Source: Octopus sinensis (Eukaryota). From it: a stretch of DNA of 35,210 nt. Under the pieces are notes generated by a model that saw nothing but the letters and a program-made list of their open reading frames with translations, was not told where the DNA came from and did no database searches. The position numbers were made by a program, and so were the translations under genes. Location: positions 1 to 35,210 of the forward strand of contig NW_021829875.1 in the NCBI RefSeq assembly GCF_006345805.1, given 5' to 3'. Of this stretch, positions 1 to 10,059 are shown piece after piece; position 1 is the first letter of the stretch; each line of letters starts with the position of its first letter.

Positions 1-300
1 GAAAAGATAAATCCGGAGAAGAAGCACACTCTAAGATGTAGAGCAGTGTATATTTTAAAACCGGGGAAGGCCAGTTTCCGGGATTACCCTTGGTCTCCGG
101 TCCAAAAAGGATTTAGCTTCATGGCGTATCATTAGACCCCAAAACCTGTTGGCCTAAGACCTCTTCTAAATATGGAGGGTAGAAAAGCCCTTCACCTCAT
201 ACGCCTAATCACGTCCAATAGCTTTTCCAGCTGCATACGGGTGTATAGTTCGTTGGATGACGTGGGGATGTTATTGCTAGAGTAGCCGAGGCAAATTCTT
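1..300 (-). mobile_element. Decayed Penelope-like retroelement, N-terminal region of ORF
   Basis: Minus-strand translation LGYSSNNIPTSSNELYTRMQLEKLLDVIRRMR*RAF...GFG...KLNPF resembles the PLE pre-RT motif (YSLKNIP...Y...L.EK....I.RMRWKA). It contains stops. Confidence 0.6.
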
Positions 301-344
301 TCATATTTATGGGAGACCCGTGGTTTCAGTGAATATGTAGAAAC

Positions 345-1625
345 GCTTTTCTCTTTTCTTTTTCTCTCTCTCTCTATGTCTCTTAGTATTTGTTCTCTCT
401 TTCTCTTTCTTTCCTTCCTCTCTTTTTATCTCTCTTTTCTTTTATCACTTTCTCTCCTGCTTTACTTTTCTCTCTTCTTTATCTCTCTCCTTTTTTCCCC
501 CTCTTTCTCTCTTTGTCTCTCTCTTCCTCTTTCTCTCTGTTATCTCTTTTCTCTGGCAATTTTTCTCTTCTCTTTTTCTCTCTTCCTCCCTCTCCCTCTC
601 TTTCTCTGTCTCTTTGTCATTTCCTTTTTCTTTTCTTTCCCTCTTTTCCTTTTCTCCCTTTAAGGGACTTACTTTTTTCTTTTCTCTCCTCTCTTGCCTT
701 CTCACTTTCTTTTCTCTCTTTCTCCCTCTTTCTTTTCTCTCCTCTCTTGCCTTCTCACTTTCTTTTCTCTCTTTCTCCCTTTCTTTTCTCTCCTCTCTTG
801 CCTTCTCACTTTCTTTTCTCTCTTTCTCCCTCTTTCTTTTCTCTCCTCTCTTGCCTTCTCCCTTTCTTTTCTCTCTTTCTCCCTCTTTCTTTTCTCTCAT
901 TCTCTTTATCCCTTTTTCGTCTCGTTATCCATCTCTTTCTCATTTCTCTCTCTTTCACTGTTTGTTTTTCCTCTTTCTTCCTCTCTCTCTCTCTCTCCCT
1001 TTTTCTCTCTTTATTTCTCTCAGTCCCTTTTTCTTCTCTTACCTTCCATCTTTCTCTCTTCCTCTTTTTCTATTCTCGCTCTCTCCCTCTCTGCTTCTTT
1101 TCTCTCTCTTTTTATTTTCTGCTTTTCCTTCTCCCTATCTCTCTCTATCTTTTTCTTTTCACTCTTTCGCTCGTTTTCTTTGTCTATTCTCTCTTTCTCT
1201 CTCATTTCCTCATTGTCTTTTCTCTCTCTCTTTCCTTTCTTCTTCTCACTCTTTTGTTTTCTGTCTTCCTTTCTCTATTTCTCGTTTTCTTTCTCTCTTT
1301 CTCCCCCCCCCTTCTTCATCTCTTTCTTCCTCTTGTTTCTTTTTCTCTCTCTCTTTCTTTTCTCGCTTTTCTCTCCTTCTTTCTCCCTCTCGTTTTATTT
1401 TTATCCTTCTTCCTCTCTCCCACTCATTCATTTCTCTCTTTCTTTTCTCTCTCGTTTTCTTTTTCCAATCTCATTCTCTTTATCTTTTCTCTCTTTTTTT
1501 CTCTCTCTCTTTCTGTTTCTTTTCTCTTTTCGTCTTCTCTATAGTTCTCTCTATATTTTCTTTTCTTTCTTCTATTTTTCTCTTCCTCTCTTCTTTTTTC
1601 TCTTTCTTTTTCTTTCTCTCTTCTG
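345..1625. repeat. ~1.3 kb polypyrimidine (CT-rich) tract with an internal ~50-bp minisatellite (~4 copies, ~675-898)
   Basis: Almost purely C/T on the + strand. The unit ttctctcctctcttgccttctcactttcttttctctctttctccct recurs. Confidence 0.95.
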
Positions 1626-1815
1626 CTTGTTTCAGTCATGAGACTGTGGCCATGCTGGGGCTCCTCCTTGATTTTGTCTTTTATGTGTGGTACCTTTTCT
1701 GTCTGATGAGCAGCAACCTCTAGCCCTCTTTTGCTTAAGTGCTAAGTAACAGGGATGCAAATACACCAACACCGGTTATCAATTAGCAGTTGGGGACACA
1801 CACTAACATAGATAC
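1622..1815 (-). mobile_element. Degenerate SINE family A, 3' part
   Basis: ttgtttcagtcat..gactgtggccatgctgg is the reverse complement of the tail of the intact copy at 27151-27551. Confidence 0.7.
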
Positions 1816-1876
1816 ACATGCATACACACAAACCCCACTCAATAATACACACACATCTGCTTGGCAGTATACACAC

Positions 1877-1904
<28 letters not shown>

Positions 1905-1907
<3 letters not shown>

Positions 1908-3198
1908 AGAGTTAATAACACCCATAAGGATGTGCTTTATCTATTCACCAAAGTGAATGGTTGCCTTGTCCAGGAGAAACCAATGTTGTCAGATGTTATC
2001 CCTCGTTCATCGGATGTTTCGACTCTGAAACGTAACATCCTACCATTGGTGGGTCAACAGAGGTGGCCAATTCACTGCTCCTCAACTCCTCAAGCCTTCC
2101 AGCGTTAATCTTCTCTCTTACACCAAAGCCAGCAAAAGGCTCTTTCAGTTGCCTCTCCCATCCGTGCACACCCACTCTTCCCTCCTTACCTCTCATTACA
2201 GTTGCTGTAAAAATCCTCCATGCCGACTGGACAAAGAATCCCCTACAGCCAACCTCCACTAGGAAAATCCATACCTGCCATACCTTCTCCCTGCAATTCT
2301 GCAGAATGTTCTTATATCTGTCACACTTCCGTTCATGGGCCTCGTTACAACCCGCTCCCCACGTGACTGTTCGTTCAATTATGATAATTTTCTCAGCTTT
2401 TTCAGACCACAGGACCACATCAGGCCTCAGGGTTGTATGGACAACCTGGGGAAACTGCAATCTCTTCCCTAAGTCTACCTTCATATCCCATGGTTGAGAC
2501 CCTTGCAGCAAGCTATGTTTTGCTTTTGCTGGCTTTACTGGTTTTTCTCCCTCTTTCACGAACTTAATTGTGGCAGATATCTTCCCTTGGTGATGATGTT
2601 TCTTACACCTTTACTGCTCCAGGTTGTGAGCAAGTATTTGTATCTGCCTTGAGAAAGTGTTATTCTTCACCCTGCCAAGATGTGTGCCAGAGTGCCCCTT
2701 TCCCACAAAGTCTACGCAGCTGGTCTTCCCTCAAACCTTATCTGTGCAGGTTTGATGGTGTCGGGAGTGTGTCATACACCGCTCGATGCAGGAAGGAGAT
2801 GTGCAAAGGTTCCAGCCTCCACAGGTCAGTCCATGTGAGCTTCCTCTCAGGGAGATCCCATTTAGTCCATACACCCAGAGATACCAACTCCACAGCTCTT
2901 GATTTCCTTTTAGCTTCCTCCTGGTTCCACATTGCTTTCTGAGTCATAGCCCGCCTCTCCCTGGTGTCTGCTTTCTTCTATTGTTGGAAATAGGAAGACC
3001 CAAGTCCCTTGCGACCCCAACATGTAGCTCCAATTATGGCGCGTAGCTCCAGCATGCCTTCAGCCTGAGCGACAGCGGTGGTAGTTGCCCACACTTTGTG
3101 GTAATACCTGCATGTCTGACAAGCTCGTCCTTAGAGTCTCTGTACATCATTACATTACATTTCGCTACTTTAAATTCCTCCACTACAGATGACAGGGA
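1905..3198 (-). mobile_element. 5'-truncated HERO-clade non-LTR retrotransposon (post-RT region, restriction-like endonuclease, 3'UTR), frameshifted
   Basis: LSSVVEEFKVAKCNVMMYRDSKD (~3195-3125). GVWTKWDLPERKLTWTDLWRLEP..ISFL.RAVYDTLPTPSNLH (ORF 2738-2947). WDMKVDLGKRLQFP..TTLRPDVVLWSE..KIIIIE.TV.W..GC.EAHERK..RY...VEVGCRGF (ORF 1996-2559) is the PD-(D/E)xK RLE signature typical of HERO. Confidence 0.85.
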
Positions 3199-3359
3199 AA
3201 AATGTCGATGATGAGGATTAGAGAAAAGAGTGAAGAAAGAAATGAAATATCATGGAACAATATATGTGGCTACTTTTCATATTGTGTATAAAACATTTCA
3301 TATTGTGTATAAAATAATAAACAATCAAATTTGAGAAGGCAATAAACAGAACAACTTAC

Positions 3360-3439
3360 TATTGTTGGATCCTTTCTTATTAATTTTTTAAACCCTTCAA
3401 TGTCATCCTCCGAAATTTTCTGTCTGATATTCGCTATGT
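3360..3439 (-). pseudogene. Exon paralogous to the first coding exon of the ankyrin gene at 32669; ATA at the ATG position (pseudogene, or start codon supplied by an unseen upstream exon)
   Basis: Acceptor ttttattcaaaag|AC and donor ATA|gtaagttgttc. Translates to (D)IANIRQKISEDDIEGFKKLIRKDPTI versus MDIKKIKEKIESGDIEGAKSMIESRSDR. Flanking introns align with 32130-32870. Confidence 0.65.
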
Positions 3440-3984
3440 CTTTTGAATAAAATCAGTCGAAAAAGAAAGAAAACAAAACAGTTTTAAAAAAACTTATAAA
3501 ATAAGTTAAACAACAATAAACAGAAGTTGATGGTTCTAAAATCTTGCATAAGATAACATTGATATTGTAAACTTCAGTTTATCTAAAGTATTATTCATAG
3601 CTGAATGTTCTTCTTGACACTAATAAGCCTAACAACAGTCATTGAGTTGTGTCTTTAGGTTAGCTACATTCCTCTGCTTACATCTTGAGCTATAAATCTG
3701 TGGATCATACTCCAGCTAGGGTGGGGGACACTTTATATAAAAAAACAAATTGATTCTCTAAAGAAAAGCAAATTTATGAAAACTAGTAAAAGAATCAATG
3801 AAACGGAGTTTGTTCAATAAAACGTCCTGTATTGATCTTTGATTTGATCTCATCTACTTTGCTAATATTTCGACAGACACTATCAACAAGCGCTTACTTA
3901 ATAAACTTTTGCAAATATCTTTATGACTACTTCATAATTATTTAATAAATTTCCATTATGTGTATACGTATATATATATATACT

Positions 3985-4140
3985 AACATCATCATCATCA
4001 TCATAACCGCATACCGTCCACCTTCCATGCCTTCATGAGTAAGATGGACGACAGGAGCCATACAGGTAGAAAAAACTACCCTGGGCTACTGTCTATTTTA
4101 TCAGGTATTTTACTGCTGGATGACCTTCCAAACGCCAACC
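3985..4140 (-). mobile_element. Degenerate RTE-tail-related short element
   Basis: (cat)n followed by ccgtccaccttccatgc...gctggatgaccttccaaacgccaacc, similar to the RTE 3' end at 5966-6130. Confidence 0.55.
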
Positions 4141-4149
4141 AAAAGTTTT

Positions 4150-4258
4150 GACCCACTGTATGACACCTTGGGCAAGTACCTTCTTCTAAATCCCATGACT
4201 AATCAAGACTTCTGAGTGGATTAAATAGAGATAATCTGAGAGAAGCCCATCGTACACC
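4150..4258 (+). mobile_element. Degenerate SINE family A (part of the duplicated block; mirror at ~31485-31610)
   Basis: ctgtatgacaccttgggcaagtaccttctt...ctgagtggattaa...gagaagccc. The same diagnostic decay is present in the mirror copy. Confidence 0.7.
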
Positions 4259-4671
4259 GCTGGACAAAATCTGAGGACCAGTGAAAACAACTGCCAAAAT
4301 GAAGTGTTTGTGTGTGTGTGTGTGTGTGCATACATATATGTGTGTGTGTGTGTGTGCATACATATATGTGTGTGTGTTTGTGTGTATGTGTGTGTGTGTG
4401 TATGTTTCCATTTGCTTTTACTGAAAATTGCTCAGCTATGAACGATTAGATTATCATTTTCCCTGTTAATAGACAAACCATTGGAATAAGTGATCCCTTG
4501 AACAACAGGTAAGGGTTAATAACATGAAGGGGATCCATATGCAAAAAGAATGGATTGATAATATACTCATACAACCCATGGTAGTATGGAGAAAAGGTGT
4601 AAAATGATTGCTTTATATGCATAAACGTACATATATAAGTCTATGTATGTGTATACTCGTGTGCATGTGTG

Positions 4672-4880
4672 AGTAGCTGTATGGCATAGTGATTCGGGTG
4701 TTACCCTCACAATAGCTAGATCGTGGGTTTGATTCTTGCAATGCCCTTCCTTTCCCAAGACTTCCGAATGTTCGCCTGCTTTCCTAACCAGTGGAGTGGC
4801 ATCATTCAAAACGTAAAACGATGCAAAGCACATTGTGACAAGTGATGTGTAACATCTGACAGTGTATTTGATCATTTGAC
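4672..4880 (+). mobile_element. tRNA-derived SINE (third family), degenerate
   Basis: A-box-like tggcatagtg and B-box-like gggtttgattc, followed by a body ggcatcattcaaaacgtaaaacgatgcaaagcacattgtgac. Confidence 0.5.
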
Positions 4881-4892
4881 TACATGATTATA

Positions 4893-5938
4893 TAGACCTG
4901 TTGAGGCAAGTGAAAATCAAATCAAATCAAATCAAATCAAATCAAACCAAATCAAAATAGATGAACATCAATGGAATTTGTATCTTTGTGGTACCAGTAC
5001 CGTTGGCACACAAGAAAACCATCCGAATGTGGCCGTAGCCAGTACCGCATCGACTGGCCTCTGTGACGTGGGCACATAACAAACACCATCCGATCGTGGC
5101 CGTTCGCCAGCCTCATCTGGCACCTGTGTCGGTGGCACATAAAAACACCAACCGAAGACCCGGCAAGACTAGTCAGGCCATAACCCGTGGCCCCTACTTG
5201 GGACGTAGTCAGTCCACCTGTGCATACCTTCCTTCCTTCCTGTGACACTTGTGAAGACCTGTTGAGGCAAGTGAAAATCAAATCAAATCAAATCAAATCA
5301 AATCAAAATAGATGAACATCAATGGAATTTGTATCTTTGTGGTACCAGTCCACCTGTGCATACCTTCCTTCCTTCCTGTGACACTTGTGAAGACCTGTTG
5401 AGGCAAGTGAAAATCAAATCAAATCAAATCAAATCAAATCAAATCAAATCAAAATAGATGAACATCAATGGAATTTGTATCTTTGTGGTACCAGTGCCGG
5501 TGGCACACAAGAAAATCATCCGAACGTGGCTGTAGCCAGTACCGCATAGACTGGCCTCCGTGCTTTGGGGACGTAACAAACACCATCCGATCGTGGCCGT
5601 CCGCCAGCCTCATCTGGCACCTGTGTCAGTGGCACATAAAAACACCATCCGAGCGTGGCCGTCTGCCAGCCTCGTCTGGCACCTGTGTCGGTGGCACATA
5701 AAAACACCATCCGAGCGTGGCCGTTCGCCAGCCTCGTCTGGCACCTGTGTCGGTGGCACATAAAATCACCCACTACACTCTCGGAGTGGTTGGCGTTAGG
5801 AAGGGCATCCAGCTGTAGAAACACTGCCAGATCTGACTGGCCTGGTGCAGCCATCGGGCTCCCCAGACCCCAGTTGAACCGTCCAACCCATGCTAGCATG
5901 GAAAACGGACGCTAAATGATGATGATGATGATGATGAT
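4893..5938 (+). mobile_element. Tandemly reiterated RTE 3'UTR (non-coding) with (CAAAT)n runs, ~60-bp internal repeats and a (GAT)n tail
   Basis: agacctgttgaggcaagtgaaaatcaaatc restarts at ~4894, ~5255 and ~5391. It ends gctagcatggaaaacggacgctaaa(tga)n and is homologous to the 3'UTR of the LINE at 5966-6467. Confidence 0.85.
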
Positions 5939-5965
5939 ATATATATATATGTGTGTGTGTGTGTG

Positions 5966-8900
5966 ATCATCATCATCATCATCGTTTAACGTCCGTTCTC
6001 CATGCTAGCATGTGTTGGACAGTTCGACCGGGGATCTGGGAAGCCAGAAGGCTGCACCAGACTCCAGTGTTATCTGGCAATGTTTCTACAGCTGGATGCC
6101 CTTCCTAACACCAACCACTCCATGAGTGTAGTGGGTGCTTTTTACGTGCCACCTGCACAGGTGCCAGGCGAGGCTGGCAACGGCCACGGTCGGATTGGTG
6201 TATTTTACGTGCCACCGGCACGGAGACCAGTCGAGGCGGCGCTGGCATCGGCCACGAGTCGGATAGTGCTTTTTACGTACCACCAGACCAGGGATCCTGG
6301 CTGGTTCAATTCGATTTCTATTTCGATTTCGCTTCCCCCAACATGTCTTCGCAAGCAAAGGGGGTTGGCATGGGTGTCTGTCGTCGGATGAGGTTCTATA
6401 TCGACTTCGCTTGCCTCAACAGGTCTTTGTGTCCAAGGGAGGAAAGGAATGCATAAGTGGGCTGGGCTCACTTGACCTGCCTGGTCTTCTCACGTACAGC
6501 ATATTTCCAAAGGTCTCGGTCGCTGGTCATTTCCTCAGTGAGGCCTAAAGTTCGAAGGTCGTGCTTCACCACCTCGTCCCAGGTTTTTCTGGGTCTACCT
6601 CTTCCACGGGTTCCCTCAACTGCTAGGGATTGGCACTTTCTCACACACCTATCTTCATCCATTCTCGCCACATGACCATACCAGAGCAATCATCTCTCTT
6701 GCACACCACAACTGATGCTTCTTAGGTACAACTGATGCTTCTCAAGGTACTAACGCTCTGTCGAGTATGTACACTGACATTACACATCCATCAGAGCATA
6801 CTGGCTTCATTCCTCACAAGCTTACGCATGTCCTCAGCAGTCACGGCCCATTTTTCACTGCCATGTAGCATGGCTGTTCGTACACCTGCATCATACAGTC
6901 TGCCTTTTACTCTGAGCGAGAGGCCTTTAGTCACCAGCAGAGGTAAGAGCTCCCTAAACTTTGCCCAGGCTATTCTTATTCTAGCAGTTACACTTTCAGC
7001 GCACCCACCCCCACAACTGACTTGGTCACCTAGATAACGGAAGCTATCAACAACTTATAGTTTTTTTCCCCTGGAAAGTGACGGAAGTTGTTTTCTGCAG
7101 ATTTTCGGAGGTTAATGCTCCCGAGCATCTGCCACATACAAAAACTATCTTCCCAGTTAGCCTACCTTTGACATTGCTGCACCTCTTATGTGTCCATAGC
7201 TTACACTGGGTACATCTTATAGAGTTTCTACCCACACCTTTTCTACAGATTGAACAGGGCCATCTTCCTGAAGACATTTGTGGATTGTCTACCTTCCAAC
7301 TTATTACGACTTTGGTTTTAGCTAGATTGACTCTAAGGCCCCTCGATTCTAGGCCCTCCTTCCACACCTGGAACTTCTCCTCCAGTTCTGATAGTGACTC
7401 AGCAATTAGAGCAAGGTCGTCAGCATAGAGGAGCTCCCAGGGGCAACCTGTCTTGAATTCCTCCGTAATTGCCTGGAGGACTATGATAAATAGGAGGGGG
7501 TTGAGCACTGAACCCTGGTGGACCCCAACCTCTACTTTGAATTCTTCTGTGTACATGTTGCCAACCCTAACCTTACTTACGGCATCTCTGTACATGGCTT
7601 GCACAGCCCTCACCAGCCATTCATCTATCCCTAGTTTCCTCATTGACCACCAGATAAGGGATCGGGGGACCCTATCAAAGGCTTTCTCCATGTCAACGAA
7701 AGCCAGGTACAGGGGCTTATCTTTGGCTAAGTATTTCTCCTGCAGCTGCCTTACCAGGAATATAGCATCAGAGGTACTTTTCCCTGGCACGAACCCAAAC
7801 TGCATCTCATCTAAACTAACTCTCTCTCTAATTAGTTGGGCTATGACCCTCTCCGTAACCTTCATCACCTGATCCAACAGCTTGATACCTCTGTAATTAT
7901 TTGTATCTAGGGCATCACCTTTACCTTTGTAGCAGTTGACTAGTATGCTGCCACACCAGTCATTCGGTATGACTCCTTCGTGTATCACCTGGTTGACTAT
8001 ACGGGTGACTAGGTTATAGCCGACACTGCCAGATATTTTGAGCATCTCTGCAGTAATTCCTGATGGGCCTGGGGCTTTCCCTGTCTTCATGCTTCTAATT
8101 GCTTTAACTACCAAAGAATTTTCAACTCGGATGGCTGGTCCCTCTGTTGGGTTGACATTCGGCAGACTCTCTTTATCCCATTCATTTTCTTTATTCAGCA
8201 ACCTTTCATAGTGGCATCTCCAAACCTCTCTCTTTGCATCCTCATTTAGCGCAAGTGAACCATCATCCGTGCGAACACACTTCTCTCCTACCACATCACG
8301 ATTCTCTCTCACACACTGTCTTGCAACATGAAATACCTCAAGTCTTTCATCCTCACGGCTCAGAACATTGGCAAATTTTTTCTTATCCGCTTCCCCTCTG
8401 GCTAAATAAACCTGTCTCCTAGCTTCCCTTCTGGCTGTCTGATACAATTCCCTGCTACCACCGTTCTTCCAGTCCTTCCAAGCCTGTCTCTTTTGTCTAA
8501 TAGCCCTGTCAACCACAGTGTTCCACCACCATGTTACTCTGGGTCGAGCTGGTACTTTGCTCCATCCACAGATCTGGTCAGTGGCTGTCAGCAGATTGTC
8601 CCGTAGAAATCTCCAGTTGTCTTCCACATTAAATGAAGCTATATCCCCTTCTATTTTGTCAAAGGCTTCGAGTAATATGTCTCTAAATCTCTGTCCATTT
8701 GCAGGATCTTTAAGCTTCCAGACCCTTCTCCTCCAAGCTGGTCTTCTTCTGGGCAACCATTTAGCTCTGATCCTGAAGTCGCTAACTACTAATCTATGTT
8801 GAGGAGTACATTCTTCGCCTGGAAAGGTTTTGGCATTTGTAAGCAGCCCTCTTTCCCTTTTTCTGGCAAGGATGTAGTTAATCTGGCTAGTGTGTCTGCC

Positions 8901-9370
8901 AGAACGGTAGGTGACTAGGTGAGAGGTGGGTTTCCTGAAGTTGGTATTGCAGACCATAAGGTCATTTGCATCGCAGAACTCCAGCAGCCTGGTTCCCTCC
9001 TCATTACGAGAGCCAAAACCGTAGCCTCCATGAACGCCATGGAAGCCCCCGACATGCCGACCAACATGTCCATTAAAATCCCCTGCCACGAAGAGAAGGT
9101 CACTGTCATATGTCAACGAGGTAGTCCGCAATAGGGTGTCATAGAATTGGTCTTTTTGTCCTTCCGGTAGCCCTGGTTGAGGGGCATATGCCGAGATGAT
9201 GGTAGCTGAACTATGGTGAATGACTAATCTAATTTTAATTACTCTGTCACTTACTCTGACTACCTCGATTACCTTATCTACCCATTTCTCCGCAAGAAGT
9301 ATACCCACGCCCCCGACCCCGTCAGTGTTCCCTGCCCAAAAATCTTGTACCTGTGTTCCTTGCCTGTGAG
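5966..9370 (-). mobile_element. RTE-clade LINE, 5'-truncated within the APE domain, with full 3'UTR and (GAT)n tail
   Basis: Continuous APE-RT-thumb coding on the minus strand down to the stop near 6468, then a 3'UTR with 60-bp repeats ending in gatgatgat at ~5966. Confidence 0.95.
7047..9308 (-). CDS. RTE ORF: apurinic endonuclease + reverse transcriptase + Cys/His-rich finger (frameshifted at both ends)
   Basis: ISAYAPQ, AGDFNGHVG, N.EG.RLL.FC, NTNFRK, HRLV (APE). K.GKAPGPSGI, NYRGIKLL, QFGF.PGKST, DMEKAFDRV, GVHQGSVL.P.LF, YADDL (RT). The frame shifts at the A-run near 7060; the C-terminus continues as WYGHVARM..GRGRPRKTW (6468-6689). Confidence 0.93.
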   Translation of the reverse strand: MGILLAEKWVDKVIEVVRVSDRVIKIRLVIHHSSATIISAYAPQPGLPEGQKDQFYDTLLRTTSLTYDSDLLFVAGDFNGHVGRHVGGFHGVHGGYGFGSRNEEGTRLLEFCDANDLMVCNTNFRKPTSHLVTYRSGRHTSQINYILARKRERGLLTNAKTFPGEECTPQHRLVVSDFRIRAKWLPRRRPAWRRRVWKLKDPANGQRFRDILLEAFDKIEGDIASFNVEDNWRFLRDNLLTATDQICGWSKVPARPRVTWWWNTVVDRAIRQKRQAWKDWKNGGSRELYQTARREARRQVYLARGEADKKKFANVLSREDERLEVFHVARQCVRENRDVVGEKCVRTDDGSLALNEDAKREVWRCHYERLLNKENEWDKESLPNVNPTEGPAIRVENSLVVKAIRSMKTGKAPGPSGITAEMLKISGSVGYNLVTRIVNQVIHEGVIPNDWCGSILVNCYKGKGDALDTNNYRGIKLLDQVMKVTERVIAQLIRERVSLDEMQFGFVPGKSTSDAIFLVRQLQEKYLAKDKPLYLAFVDMEKAFDRVPRSLIWWSMRKLGIDEWLVRAVQAMYRDAVSKVRVGNMYTEEFKVEVGVHQGSVLNPLLFIIVLQAITEEFKTGCPWELLYADDLALIAESLSELEEKFQVWKEGLESRGLRVNLAKTKVVISWKVDNPQMSSGRWPCSICRKGVGRNSIRCTQCKLWTHKRCSNVKGRLTGKIVFVCGRCSGALTSENLQKTTSVTFQGKKTISC

Positions 9371-9399
9371 TGTGTTACTTGTATATGTATATATAATAT

Positions 9400-9960
9400 A
9401 CCTTCAGCAAATCCTTCAGTGAGGTGAAAGCTCTCCATCCTGCTCTTAACCTTCGCAACATCTCATTCTCCATCTTTCACCTCTAGTCACTTCTTGACCG
9501 AGATAGACATAGCTGTCCACCTCTTCTATTTCATCGCTTCCGACTGCTAGATGACCGATTGATACGCCTTCAGACCCTATGTACTTGGTTTTCATACAGT
9601 TGATCTTCAAGCCGAGTGCCGAACCTCTCGAATCCAGTTCGTCCAGCAATGGTCTACAGGTGATCGGCGATCTCCACTGTCAGCGTTATGTTGTAACGCT
9701 GATGTTGGGAATCTGGCTAAGAGATCACACATGGAATGAGGAAATCTGGAATAGATCTGAAGTGAAGGACATCATCGCCGAAAACCACTAAGTAAATCTA
9801 CAATGGGCTGGTCATGTCGCAAGGTTCACAGAACATCGGTGGACCTGTGCAGTTGTATGGTGGTACCCGTGCAAACGGAAGTGACCACTCAGGAAGACCT
9901 CCAGTCAGATGTGAAGATGATTTAATAAAAATGTTTAGAACAGAAAAAATAGGAGAGCAG
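9400..9960. mobile_element. Older RTE fragment with inverted 5' part (minus ~9400-9690, plus ~9690-9960)
   Basis: Minus: LDELDSRGSALGLKINCMKTKY...EEVDSYVYLGQEV. Plus: MLGIWLRDHTWNEEI...QWAGHVAR...RW...GRPP.R.EDD. Confidence 0.8.
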
Positions 9961-10059
9961 GAGAGGAAGGGAGCAAATTTTATGGGTAGCGGAGCCAAAT
10001 CGGTACCAGACAGCCTGGCCGATATATATATATATACACTCACGAGTAACATCACCACC

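Larger units (their letters stand above)
3215..4450 (-). other. Left arm of inverted segmental duplication (partner ~31300-32875)
   Basis: The reverse complement matches the partner, e.g. aagcagaggaatgtagctaaccta..gacacaac.caatgactgttgttagg..tattagtgtcaagaagaacattcagct, tcttatgcaagattttagaaccatcaac and tagatgagatcaaatcaaa. Both arms share one degenerate SINE. Confidence 0.9.

Noticed and set aside
376-1723. Long ORFs (up to 384 aa) rich in S/L/F or R/E/K
   Set aside because: They are translations of the CT/GA tract, which lacks stop codons by composition.
3277-3314. 19-bp tandem duplication tttcatattgtgtataaaa
   Set aside because: It is real but an ordinary slippage event in an intron.
5560-5770. 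~60-bp repeats as a CRISPR or coding repeat (ORFs 5063-5915, 6002-6471)
   Set aside because: They are part of the RTE 3'UTR and are also present in the LINE copy. The ORFs lack any recognisable domain.
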